NCBI RefSeq assembly: GCF_018977255.1
Contig: NW_024704743.1
Location: forward strand, 35,590,001 to 35,654,000
From: Callorhinchus milii
Taxonomy: Eukaryota
DNA: 64,000 nt
Reading direction: 5' to 3'
Shown here: piece after piece, positions 39,498 to 52,276 of the stretch
Layout: each line of letters begins with the position of its first letter
Numbering within the stretch: position 1 is the first letter of the stretch
Notes under the pieces: generated by a model
Told to the model about the DNA's origin: nothing
Databases searched by the model: none
Seen by the model: only the letters and a program-made list of their open reading frames with translations
Position numbers and translations under genes: made by a program

Positions 39498-39601
39498 GGA
39501 TTCTGACGAAAGGTCATTGGCCTGAAATGTTAACTCACTTTCCTCTCTCCATAGGTGCTGCCTGACCCGCTGAGTGTACCGAGCAGCTTCTGTTTTTATT
39601 T
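39498..39601 (+). mobile_element. Solo Penelope-like pseudo-LTR fragment with a minimal hammerhead core
   Basis: CTGACGA-A-AGGTCATTGGCCT-GAAA-TGTT; downstream TCTCCATAG.TGCTGCCTGACC.GCTGAGTGT..CTTCTGTTTT matches 54540-54620. Confidence 0.75.
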
Positions 39602-40260
39602 CCTTGGGGACAGCTCAACTGATTGATCAAAGGTGATTTTCAGCAGTTATGCAAGGCAAGAAACAAAGATTTCATAATTACAGCCAATTTCTTCCACATA
39701 GTCAAAAACTAATATAGAACCACCCAAACTGGCCTATAAAAGTGTAGTTCCCAAGTTGCCGAAACTCAGCTTATACTGACTCAGGGAGTAGCTCGATAGC
39801 ATTGTGGAGTGTCATGTTTGCACTATTCAGACCCTGCTGACACAAACCTATTTAAACTTCAAGCTTTATGTAAATATTTCTGAGGACTTTATTTTAAGCG
39901 CAGAAGACGTAAAAAAGCACTCAGTGTCACAGACAACACTGCAGCTGTCAGCAGCCGGTGTATCCCCAAAAAGGTTAGCAAATGATGCTTTGTGTTTCTT
40001 CTTTTCTCTCTAGTAGTTCTGAGAGAAAGAACACAAAACAGGAGCTTTAAAGAGCTCTCTTAACACAAAAATGAATCAAGCCTAGGGACTGCTGGGTTCT
40101 TATCAAAAGTCTGCAGGGATTTTCCTGCTTTTGACAACTGAGCCCCACCTAACACCATTATGTTATAGCTCGGAATCAAATGGGGAGGAGTGATTCTGTG
40201 GACTTACACTGAGGAAGTATAGATGATGGTCAAAATTGAGTTAATAATTTTAAAAATCAC

Positions 40261-40656
40261 TAATAATAATAATAATCTTTGCATTTGGTATAGCGCCTTT
40301 CACATCAGTAGGACGTTACAAAGTGCTTCACAGGATTTACTGTGGAGTGTCTGTGTGTTTTACGGATGAACGCATCAGCTAACTTGTGCACAGCAATGTC
40401 CCACAAACAGCCAAGACGAAAATAACCAAGTACCATGAGATCTTTAACGTCCACCTGAACAGGCAGACCAGACCTCAGTTTAATGTCTCATCTAAAGGAA
40501 GGCACCACCAACAATACAAACCCCATCCCCCACACACACCCCATCCAGCATTAGAGTGCTATATTAGACTACATGAGATCAAGTTCCGACATGGGGCTTG
40601 AACCCACAACCTTCTGACTCACTGACAAGGTTGCTACTAATTGAGCCAGACTGACA
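40261..40656 (-). mobile_element. SINE-B (DeuSINE-like)
   Basis: Head TGTCAGTCTGGCTCAATTAGTAGC; Deu core; tail. Confidence 0.85.
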
Positions 40657-40704
40657 CAAGGATAATGAAGATGAGTAGAATGCTGCAGCTATAGGTCCTC
40701 CATG

Positions 40705-40930
40705 CAACAACAACGGCAACATTTCATTTGTATAGCGCCTTTCACGTCGGGAGGACGTCCCAAGGCGCTGGATCCAGGGATTTCGATCCGAGCAGGGGTT
40801 TGAGATCAGGAGGGTGGGTTAGGAGGGTGGCCGAAGGTATGGTCGAAGAGGAGGGTCCTGAGACGTGCCTTGAAGAAGTCAAGGTTGGGAGCAAGGCGAT
40901 GGGATGGGGTTCCAGAGGGTGGGGGCAAAG
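40705..40930 (-). mobile_element. L2 3' end
   Basis: Young tail GCGCCTTGGGACGTCCTCCCGACGTGAAAGGCGC; FKARLRTLLF. Confidence 0.9.
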
Positions 40931-43740
40931 AGGCCAAAGTATCCCACACAGCAACGACAGGGGAGGGTAGAGGGGCCACATTGGTTGAAATTCTGCAATG
41001 CCTTTCCACTTTTTTTTAACACAAACACAAATTGTCCATCTTTCAGGAGATCTGCAGACTTGTTTCAAGCATCTCTCTCTCTCTCTCTCTCCTTCCAGCT
41101 TATGAAGAATAACTTAACCTCCAGTAGCAGCTTCCTCTGCTGGTACAGTTCAGGCCGTGTGCTGATTCCTACCATTGAAAGCAGCCAATGGAGCTCACCA
41201 TTGACCATGCCCAAACATTGTACTGAGCAGTGGTTCAGCGAGTTAGTAAGTTGCACAAGCAAGGAGGACGCATGTTACTTACACCCGCTCTTTGTCATCT
41301 CCTACCAGTAGGTTAGTGAGCAGCAGAGGCCTGGGAGCAAGTCACCTGCCTCGCCTCTCTGTTGCAGGATGAGATGCCACACGGAGCACTGCACTTGTGC
41401 AATATCAGCTTGAGGTGGTATGGAAGGACTTGCCCTCCAAGTGACCCATGTAAAACTGACAAGCCTCTTCTCTAGGGTAAACCCAAGTGTCACTGTCAGT
41501 GAAGACAACCAAGTTAAAGGTCGGGAACACTACCAGTAAAACTAGTTTCTTCTGACTTAACAGCCTCAACTGCTGACATGAAACAAACAAGACTTACAGA
41601 ATTCTCTCTGTAAAGGGCAAACCGCTTGCTCTGTAATACATCACTTCTTACGGTAGACTTTGTGCACAGTGGATATTTAATAAAAAAATGTGACCAATGC
41701 CAAAGTCTTTACCGATTTGGTTTAAAAATACTCGGCCTCTCAGTTCATCTCCCAGCTTCAGCTCCCATTATTTGCGTGGCGGAGATCACTAAAAAAGTTC
41801 CAATGGCATGTGTGGAATGTCACTTGCAGCAAGCAATCTCTGGATGTCTGGAGGCTGAGCAGAAACACCGGCTCCTCTTTCACACCGGACTTCAGGAACC
41901 AGGAAAGCTTGTGTTAATGACTGTTGTGCAGAACTCTAATGCTGGTTAGATAGCATCACCAGGCAGAAGGCTTCTCTTGTTTCTCTTATCAAGACATGTT
42001 TACTGACCTTGTTTGCAGAGTTTTGGGTAAACAGATAAATTGATAATCATGGGTTGCAAGAAAGGGCACTACAATAGACCAGTATCTTAAATGGATTATG
42101 CTTTTGAGTGTTATTAATTGGTTTTATATTGCAGTTCTCGAGGACTCCTGATTCCCAAGAGTGCTGGAAAGCTCCAGAGGCCTAGTCTATTAAATAATAT
42201 TCCACATATGTGCACACAACTCGACATTAGCAACTACATATCTCAGTTAACCCAAGGCATTCCTGCATACACAAATCGCTGTTCGTTTTTCATGATGCTA
42301 CATGTCTAATAATTGGAGCAGAGTCATAATGGAAAATACTGTGGTTAACTGGGACCGAAATTCAGAAATCTCCACACGCAATCAGATCTCCTATCACATT
42401 GCATTTTCTATGATTCTATGAAGCAGGATGCATCCCTCTGGGGAACAGATGTGTATTCCATTTCAAACACGGGAATTACCATGTGTAGGTGGCACACACG
42501 GAACCCTCAGTCTAGTTTAAATACTCTTAAGCATGGTGATGGATTTGACACACATCAAACACCCAACTTAACAAAAAAAATTGTTCCAATTACAATAGGC
42601 CCAGTCCCTCTCGTTTCCTCTCAAAGTTCAAACCATTGATTCCTCATCCCAGTAAATCTCCTCTTCACACTCCATAACTTTATTATCCTTCCTAAAGAGA
42701 GGTTGACCTGAACTGGACTCAATACTCCAACTGAAGTCTAATTTATGATTAATTCAAGTTCAGCATCACTTGTTTGGTTTTATATTCCATGCCTCTGTAT
42801 ATAAAACCTAGGGTCTCATTCGCTATCTGATCTTGTGAAAACTCCCACATTAACTTAGATTGTAAAGTTTCCACCTAGTGTGAATTGAACCTTGTGGATA
42901 CAGACATTTCCCTTTCAGAAAAAAACTGGAGATAGAAAATAAAGTGCAATAATTTACTGCTAGGAACCTTGCCCTGAGGTAGTATTTACGCTTGCATTAA
43001 TGAGGGAAATTATGAAATAGATGGACACAAAGCAGCATCGGGGTTCAATGTCTTAGAATAAACTCTTTACCACATTCGTAACTGTTAACTTGAAGGCTCA
43101 AGGCGCGAAATAGAAATGGAGAAGAGAAAACAGGAAGGGAAGTCAAGCACGTTCCTGCACTCGCTTAACTTTCCTGGCCCAGCCTAGAGTTTCCTTTCCT
43201 GAATCTGATGTTATCGGCAGAGCCTGGCTAGCCTGCCCAGTGCTTCTTAGGGCAATGATACATTTGATTTGCAACATTAGACCCACCAATGGGATTTCCG
43301 TCTACTCTAATTAAGCTGAAAAGCCATTTCGAAATTGCTGATGCGAAACAATATTGGAAATATCTTCAGTCCGGACAGAAAGTTTAGTGTGTTTATGGTT
43401 ATCTGGTATAAATATTCAAGGCCTATGCAACCGGTAAAGTCTGACTGACAACAAACAATTCCCTCACTACAAATGTTAACACAGATATTTATAGTCAAAT
43501 AGGGAGAGCCAGGGTTTGAATTTGTTTTGAAAAAGGTTTTTAAAAAATTAGCTGTGTTTGAATTATCAAAGAGACTAGTGAAATTGTTGGCTGGGTCACA
43601 AGAGGGTGACACTCCCTTGTAAACATTCCTTTTCACTGAATAAAAAAGTTCCTGTCTTGCTATCTGGCAATTGAATCCATGAGCGCGAAATGCAATACCA
43701 TGGGCCTGAGGTGGAAGAGGCACAACTCCATTACCTCATT

Positions 43741-44227
43741 AATAATAATAACATAATCCTTGCATTTGATATAGCACCCTATCATGTATTTCAGACATAT
43801 CAAAGCGCTTCACAGAATATACTGTAAAGTGAATTGACTGTATATTTTGTGGGCAAAATGCAGTACAACAGTGTTCCACAAACAGTCGTGACTGAGTGAC
43901 CAAGTTATAAATTTTTTTTGAAGGAATTATTATCCCGGGAAAAGAGATACACCAATCGACTATCAGCCGGGTTCCTACTTACTGCTAGGTAAACAGAGGC
44001 GTCTGTAGTAAGGAAAGTTGCCCAACTTTTCGCCCCTGTCGGGAAATTGTAGTGATCGTGTATTTTGTAGGAGAATGTGGCAGCTAATTTACAGAATTAT
44101 CTCAAATTCACAATTTGGCTGCCGTGTTCACCCATAAAATACACACAGTCATATCACTTCAACGGGAATCGAACCCAGGTTTCTCACTTACAAGGTGAGT
44201 GCTCTAACCTCTGAGCTACAGGACTCC
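43741..44227 (-). mobile_element. SINE-A long form carrying a 117-bp insertion
   Basis: Head, Meta-like segment and tail all present; insert 44046-44162 between CGGGAA repeats. Confidence 0.9.
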
Positions 44228-46424
44228 ATTCCCCCTTCCTCCACCCCACCAATCTCCATCACCACTGAGAATGGCAAGGGATGGTGGGGGGTGGGAGAGT
44301 TCCACATCTGTCGCTACTATGAAACACTTAATGAATGTGATGAATCTTGAGAATATCACCTGGGAAAAAACCATGAGAGTTGGATGTTACCGTGTAACTG
44401 GGAAATACCACTTCCTCTGCTCTTGATCTCTGTTTGGAAGCTGCTACTGAAACTGCTTTCGTTCATACAGATGGTTGGGGGTGGGGGGGGGGAAACCTCT
44501 GTGGTCTGAAATTTCATCTAGTCTTAGCCTGTAAACTCGTTTTGTCTTGATACTTAAGGCCCCACAGAATGGTGGCAAATTTGTAATATGGAAGATGGTT
44601 TTCTGCAGTTCTTAAATAGGCTTCCAAATTAAGAATGAGTTTTTCATAATTCTGGGCAATCTTAAAATTTAAGATTAGGTGGACCTCTGTTTTGGGCCTC
44701 TGGACTCCGATAGTTCAGTAATGGCTTAATTCCCTTGTGATAAATTAAACCTAATTAACTCATGTCTCAAGGTTGTTTTTTGTGATGTCTGGTCGGGTGC
44801 AGAGTGGCCTGTCTGGAAGGCTTGTAAGCACCTTACACGCATCTGCTTCATTCTAATCCCTGCTTACTAGAGCAGCCATTCAGTGGTAGGGAATGAAGTG
44901 TTATCCATGTGTGCTGTCATGTGGCACCACAGGCTTTAAAGCAATAAAAGACAATTCTCTGCGTTTTAACAGGCTTTGCATTTGTCAAATTGTTGTGGCA
45001 TTTCTCCTGGTCTTGTGGCAGTTAGCCACTACATGACCTGATAATGATATATTGTATGTATTGATAGATCCATTCTAACGTAATGGAATTAATCCATGAT
45101 TTATTCACTATTGCTGACTGCGGATGATTCAGGGACTGTGGCTGGTGCTTTTATAAAGACCTTTTCAGACGCGATGGTCAGGCACAAGTGTAGGGCTCAG
45201 TCCTCTACCTCCAGTCATTTTACATTGTGTACCATATTTTAAAGCATCATCTAAGCTTGCCCATATGTTGCTGCCATTTAATCAGACTTCCATCTATACA
45301 TTACATTATTTATTGAGCTGTCCTCCCAACATGCTGTATATACACACCTGTTACTGACATCATCACATTAATTTTAGCTCACATTTGAAATAACTCAAGT
45401 TATCATAAATCAACAATACTGTACTGTCGCTAGTCAAGGAACAAATTAAATTTACTTTTGCTCAGCAACGAGCTCTTTTTGATCTGCACAGATGGAGCTG
45501 GAAAAGCTCTCACCAGGAAACAGCAACATAACTGAACCCTAAACACTGGAAAAGGCACCTCAGGACTCCTGCAGGGAATGCCGTGCATGTCATGCCACCC
45601 AGTGAGACGTCAAATATTACCTGAGCTCCCTACTTCCAAAGAGCAGGAATGTATAATAACAATAATGATAATAATAATGATCCTTACATTTGGTATAATG
45701 TCTTTGACATCAGGATGACGTCCCAAAGTCCTTATACTGTAAAATGCAGTTACTATTTGTTTTGTGAGTGAGAGAAGAAAGCATTAGGTGCACAAAAAGC
45801 AGAGATGGACTGCCAGTGCTATTACAGGCATCTGTCCAGGGCTCCGAGGCACTGTGCTATGTGAAGGGCGCTATATAAATGCAAGTTATTGTTGTTGCTC
45901 TAGTGCTGGCTTGGCTGCAGATATTTTCTGTAAGTGCTTTTGCTGTGCTGTGCTCAGGTGGTCAGTAGCTCTCAGTTTTAACAAGGATCGGGTTGACTGA
46001 GAAACAGAGCATAAGGATCATGGAAAATCTGGCAATTCACTCGGAATGCTCTGCTGTGGGGTGTAGGGTGTAATTTTGATCTACAATGTTAAGAGTTAAA
46101 TTTCTCAATAAAGAAAAGTGGAATTTGAATGACAATTTTGACTGATATTTTCACACAATAAAGAGTCTTGGCATCTATTCAAAACAGTCAGATTGATAGG
46201 AGGAGTGAGACTACATGGGAACATGGGAGTGTTGAGCAGCCCAGTATTGGATTTAGTAAGATTGAGGGGTAACCAAGGTCAAAACCTCAATTTTAAAAAA
46301 TGTTAGAATTCAAGATCCTAGTTTAATTTTATTGTCTCAGAATTCACTAGTTATAGCACAGGTGTGGATTTGAATGCAGAGTTGTTCCGTTCAGTACACT
46401 TCATATTCAGGCTTGTTACAAGAT

Positions 46425-46745
46425 CATAATCACAAGATTAGTTTGGATGATGAAGGCCCTTAGGCCTATTTGATCTCATCCTTCCAGAACACCCGCCCTA
46501 ACGTACTCCTGTCACATCAACAAGCTGTTTTTAAATTGAGTACAGTATTCTGACCTTAATGACCATTCCTGGCAACCTGGTCCAATCATTAATTGTCCTC
46601 TCAGTAAAGAAAAACTTCCTGGTATTTGTCCTGGAATTGCCCTTTGCAACTCTAAACCTACGTTCCCTTGTTCCACTGTCTTGAAGCATCTTAAAGTGTT
46701 GCTCTGGGTTTACTGTTTCAATGCCATTTAAAATATTATACATCT
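46425..46745 (-). mobile_element. CR1 3' fragment
   Basis: ORF 46531-46743 RKFFFTERTINDWTRLP. Confidence 0.8.
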
Positions 46746-47289
46746 CGTGTTTAACATTTTAAATGGGATTGAAAAAGTCATCTTCTCTCAAGACTTTGCT
46801 ATTGCCAAGAAATGCAACGTCTTTCTCCTGGTTATCCCATTTTATATTTTCCTCCTCATCCCAATAACATTCACTTAATTTCTAATCAGTTACATATTTT
46901 GAAAAAGTGCTTCAAGATGTGTAAGGCACTATATATGAATGCAAATTATTATTATTATGTTATTACAGTTTAAATCCACTGCTGTGCACAATTGCCTGCC
47001 ATGTTCCATCAGAAATTCACAGTCAATCCACTTTACAGTGTATTCTGTGAGATGTCTCAGTGACCTGATAAGGCGCTGTATCAAATGCAAGGATTATTAT
47101 TATTATAAATCACTCTGTAGAGGTAGTTTCTAAATGGTTCTCAGTGGTGCATCAACCAGATCAATAATACTGCCACATTACATATGTTACTGCCACATTA
47201 CATTAGTTTGAACTTCCTAAAATAGCTACTTTTTGCGGGATGTTGATATATTGATCACCAGCTATTTTGTCAAGCCATTTCTGAAAAGT

Positions 47290-47653
47290 GGAGTCCATTA
47301 ACGTATTGGCACTCGCCTCACAATTAAGAGGACCTGGGTTCGATTCCCGGTAGGGCGAAACGTTAGGCAAGTTCCTTTACTCCAGACCACCTTTGTTCAC
47401 CTAACAGTAAATAGGAACTCGGTTGGTAGTTGATTGGCAGCTCACTTCTCCAGGGGTAATAATCCCTTAAAACATTTTTTAATAATAATTTGGTCACTGA
47501 ATCCACGACTGATTGTGGGACACTGCTGTACGCAATTGACTGCCGCATTTCGCCACAAAATATACAGTAAATTCACTTTACACTATATTCTGTGGTGTTT
47601 TGAGACGCCTCAAAGACGTGATAAGGCGCTATATCAAATGCAAGGACTATTAT
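47290..47653 (+). mobile_element. SINE-A long form
   Basis: B box GGGTTCGATTCCC, Meta-like segment, old tail. Confidence 0.85.
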
Positions 47654-48000
47654 CCGTCGTAGTTTTATTAACAGTCACAGTTGAACCTATGACTACAGGT
47701 TTTTTTTATACTGCTACAAATTTCCACATTCAATTTGTGGATCTTCTGTAAGGTTGGTCAGACATGATTCTGAATCTGTGCCTGCTGTCATTTATTAGAA
47801 AAAAAATCTTAAAGCATTGGCTTTACTCATGGAGTAGTACATGACTTTTTTCTCCCTTTTTCATGGTAAAAGGGAGAGAAAAGAGGAGAAATATTTGATA
47901 GAATGGGAGTGGAGGGGGGAGAAATCTTTTATGTGTATTTAGCTCTTGTCCACCAATTAGAGAGAAACCTTAGTGGTTACCGTTGAGAAATATGCATCTA

Positions 48001-48380
48001 TAATAATAACAATAATAATAATCCTTGCATTTGATATAGTGCCTCTCACATCATTGAGAGGTCTCAAAGCACTTCACAGGATATACTGTAAAGTGGTGTG
48101 ACTGTATTTGTAGGCGAACACAGCAACCAATTTGCACAAAGTAATGTTCCACAAACAGCCATCACGTGAATCGTCAATTTCATCTGGGGGGTTGTGGGGC
48201 AGCACACCGGGAGAAATTCCCTTCTCTGCCATGGGATATTTAACATCCACCTGAACAGGCAGATGGGACCTCAGTTTAACATCTCCTCCAAAGAATGGCA
48301 CCTTCAACAAGGCAGCACACTCTCAGCACTACATTGGAGTGTCAGCCAGCCTATGAAACTCCCAGTGTAGAGCTTGAACA
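48001..48380 (-). mobile_element. SINE-B (DeuSINE-like); a sense head fragment follows at 48481-48650
   Basis: CCACCTGAACAGGCAGATGGG Deu core, tail. Confidence 0.85.
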
Positions 48381-49489
48381 GGAAGCAGAGAAGGAAGGAA
48401 GTGAATACATTTTTCATCTATTCTGACCTGTCCAGGGAGTGGTGTGCCTGAGGCAAACCACTTTAGATGTCAAGCCTTAGGTGTCAGCCTGGCTCAATTA
48501 GTAGCTCTCTGAGTCACAAAATGTGGCCTCAAGTTCCACATTTGAACTCACATAGTCTAGACTGATGCTTCAACACACGACAGGTGAAGCACTGCATTGT
48601 TGGCGATGTCATCCTTTGGATGAGATGGTAAACTGAGGTCTCGTCTCTTGTGATCTCGTGAAGTGCGACCAACTCAGATTAACAAAATTAGCATAGACTG
48701 GAAATCTGGTTTGTGTGGTTTACTGTTGGCTTAGATGCTGCGTTTACTCATTGGGCCATCACTGCTGCTCACCCACCCAGGCTGGTTTATAATCACATTA
48801 GTCTTTTGTTGTGACAAAAGATAAATACTTGACAAAATTGTGACTGTGCTATATAAAATGTATGCCCCAAAACTCTGGAACGCTCTCCCTCAATCCCTCT
48901 GCCTTGCCTCCTCTCTCCCCTCTTTCAAGTCCTTCCTGTTTGACTGTGCTTACGGCCACAAACCCCCTCCCCCCGGCTAGGAGTCAGGCTCCGCCACTGT
49001 TAAGCGTTCTGAGATGCTCCCCTGGGTGGAGGGCGCTATATAAGTGCAAGTTGTTGTTGTTGTAAAGTTAATTGACTGTATATTTTGTGGCGAAACGCAG
49101 CAGCCGATTGCGTATGGCAGTGTCCCATATACAGTGGATTGAGCGACCAATTTTTTAAAAAAGTAATTATTACCCTTCAAAAAGCGAAAAGCAACCTGCC
49201 AATTGACTAAAAGCCAAGAATTGAACCCACGTCTCCCTCCTGCGAGGCGGATGCTCTAACCACTGAGCCACAGGACTTTTATATACGTATNAAAAAACGT
49301 TAGTTCAAACTAATGCCAACTTTGGTCACAACATAAGGCTGTCAAAATGAGATATGAACAAGATTCTTCTTGTTAATCACACTGATTTTTCAAAATATAA
49401 AAACAATCTACAAACGAAATACTAAAACGAAATACAGTACCAAAAACTAAATAAACAGGTTGGAATAAACTGGAAGTTTTTTTTAAATA

Positions 49490-50050
49490 ACATAGATAAA
49501 AGTGTTGACAAAATATTACATGAAAGATTCCTTCACAAATTAAGGTTGCTGGGTATCAGGGCAAGACATGGATATGAATTCAAAATTGGCTGAAGGGAAG
49601 GAAGCAGAGTTGTTGTTAGGCAAATTGGGTCAAAATGGTAGGAGTATTAAGTGGGGTACCTCAGAGATTTTTATTGGGATTCATCCAGCATGAAATAATG
49701 ACCTGGTTAAGCAGAGCCAATATGCAATTTAATAATAATAATCCTTCCATTTGAAATAGCGCTTTATCACATCATTGAGACGTCTCAAAGCACTTTTCAG
49801 AATGGACTGTAAAGTAAATTGAATGTATATTAGATAACATCAATGTAGGCAAAAATGCGGAATCAGAAGGGAATTAGAGGAATGAGCTATGAGCAGCAAT
49901 TAGACAAGCCAGGGCTCTTCAATCTTGAAAGGAGTTGTTGTATCAGAGGGATATAAGAGACATTTAGAGCTACGTAAAATGGGATTGAGAAACTAAACCC
50001 AAAACAATACTTTTGGATGCACTTCAGACAGCAGGACAAGAGAAGACAGG
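49490..50050 (+). mobile_element. Degenerate CR1 RT fragments with a nested antisense SINE tail (49730-49830)
   Basis: AATTGGCTGAAGGGAAGGAAGCAGAG and AGTGGGGTACCTCAG (W..RKQ, SGVPQ). Confidence 0.65.
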
Positions 50051-51660
50051 TTTGGAGATCCTACTGCTGTCACAGCTGGATTAGCTCACTGGGCACTGAC
50101 AGAAGATTCAAACTGCAACTTTTTGTATGGCTCAATACACTTCCACAACCACTTGGGGAGCTCTGCATTACTCTTTGAGGTAAGTGTCACATGCTTGGAA
50201 TGAAATATCAGAATTGAGTGGATGCTCTGTGGTGGTCTTGCTAGTTCAGTTCCTGAGAGTGTCTATCGTACTTCAGGGCACTGCTGATGGCAGCCCAGAC
50301 AACCTGGCTCTTCCATAGGACTTGGCAGTGCAAACAAGTTACTGGGAGTAGGGATTCTTCCCACTAAGCTTGGTGTCATGCTCCACCACTATCAAGCGCT
50401 CTGGGACGCTACCCTGCTTGAGGGGCGCTATATAAATGCAAGTTGTTGTTGTTGTTGGTCCTGCAAACCAAAGGGGGGAGTGATCGTATTTGCACCAGCA
50501 GCTGGAAGCTTCCGGTGGGCGTAGCTGGAAGCTTGCTGGGGGGAGCAAAAAATATGGGAAAAAAATTAAACTGAAATACTGTAAATACTGAGACAACATA
50601 TTTCAATAATAATATAAATCCTTGCGGTTAAGAGAGCGCCTTTAAAGTCGAATAAGTTGTGGAGCAAGGGTGGGGCGAGACAGTGGAAGGATTTCTCAGT
50701 AAACTAAGAGCTCAGTAAAAAAAATCTTCTACATCTATCTTTACTGTAACATGCAGTGCTGACACGTCTGTGGTCAGTACTAAGATAGTTAGAACTGAGG
50801 TCAGGAAGCATTTCTTTACACAGGGTTATGAAGGTGTGGTATGCTTTGCTCCAGAAAGCTTTGGAAGCTGAACAAACAGGGATATATGAAAGGAAGAATA
50901 AACAGATACCTGGAGTTGTAGAGATAGTAAGGGGTATGGCAAAGAGGTGGGGAATTGCATTTAAAAGAACTGCCAAGATTTAATAAACTGGTGGAACAGG
51001 CTCGATGTGTTGAATGATCACCTCCTACTCCTGTTTTGTATGTCCCCATGGGAACAGAATCGAAGCAGAGCAGTCCTGTGAAACCATTGTGCCAAAGGTA
51101 TGGGGGGGAGAGTTAACGGGGGAGATGCCTAGACAATCGATCCTGTTCTTTATGATGGAACTGTTTTGAATCGGAGGGAGAGATGCAAACAGTCACAAGC
51201 CTTCTCATCACAATGGTATATTATTTTCTCCTCAATGTTTTCCAAACCAATTTTCTCCCCCCACAGGAGTTTCCTCCCATCAAGTCACGGTACAAAGAGT
51301 ATCTTCCAAAGCACTTTAGAAAGAACATAACGTCTTCTATTTTGTTTAATCAGATTACTGCAAATCAACACAATTCTCCCCAGTATTCAGCAGCAGTAAT
51401 GGCCTAGCAATCAGTACTACAGACAGATTAAAAATGTGTGGATTATTGAGGTCCTCAGTTAGCCTCTAACGTCTCAGCCTCTTCCAACTTTTTTTTTGGT
51501 CAGCCAGGTATCTGTCACATGCAGAAACCCATCACCATGCTTAAGAGTATTCCATGCATCCCATCTACACATGGAAATCCCAGAGATAGATTGTTGGAAT
51601 GGAATGTTCTCTCTCTACTTGGAGGGACACATCCCGCTTACCTAATCCTGGAATGTATTA

Positions 51661-52108
51661 CAACAACAACAACAACAACAACAAGATTCCATTTATAGAG
51701 CGCCTTTCACGTCGGGAGGACGTCCCAAGGCGCTGTACAGTTGGGTCAGGACCCGAGCAGGGGGGAAATGGTCAGGGTGAGGGGAGGGAAGGGAGGGAGC
51801 GAGGAGGGGTAGAGAGTCGAGAGGGGAACTGAAGGCACAGTCAAAGAGAAAGGTCTTGAGACCGGCCTTGAAGGAGGAAAGGGAGGAGGCGGCGAAGGCA
51901 CTGGGGGATAGAGTTCCAGAGCCTCGGTGCTGAGAGGCTGAAGGCCCGGCTACCAATGGTAGGACGGTTGGGGCAGGGGATGTGGAGCAGACCGGAGCCA
52001 GAGGAACGGAGGGTACAGGCAGGTAAGTAGGGGGATAGTAGGTCGGAGAGGTAGGAGGGCGCAAGGCCGTGAATGGCCTTGAAGGTGAGGATGAGGATCT
52101 TGAATTCT
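51661..52108 (-). mobile_element. Young L2 3' fragment with a 7-bp target-site duplication
   Basis: [36 protein letters not shown] at both 51654-51660 and 52109-52115. Confidence 0.95.
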
Positions 52109-52276
52109 TGTATTAGGCGCACGTTGGCAAGAGCCAAGGCTTGTGGATCCCAGAGTGTGTGTTGGGGTACTGCTGGAGTCTAACCAGCTAAAACTGCATA
52201 GCTTGTCATAGATGTCGCTGTCTGGCAAGCTTTCCCGCTGCTTGTCCAGCCAGGACACCCTACCTGTGAGGGTAAA

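Noticed and set aside
43307..43723. 138-aa ORF in unique sequence
   Set aside because: No recognisable domain or splice context, and the start codon is non-ATG.
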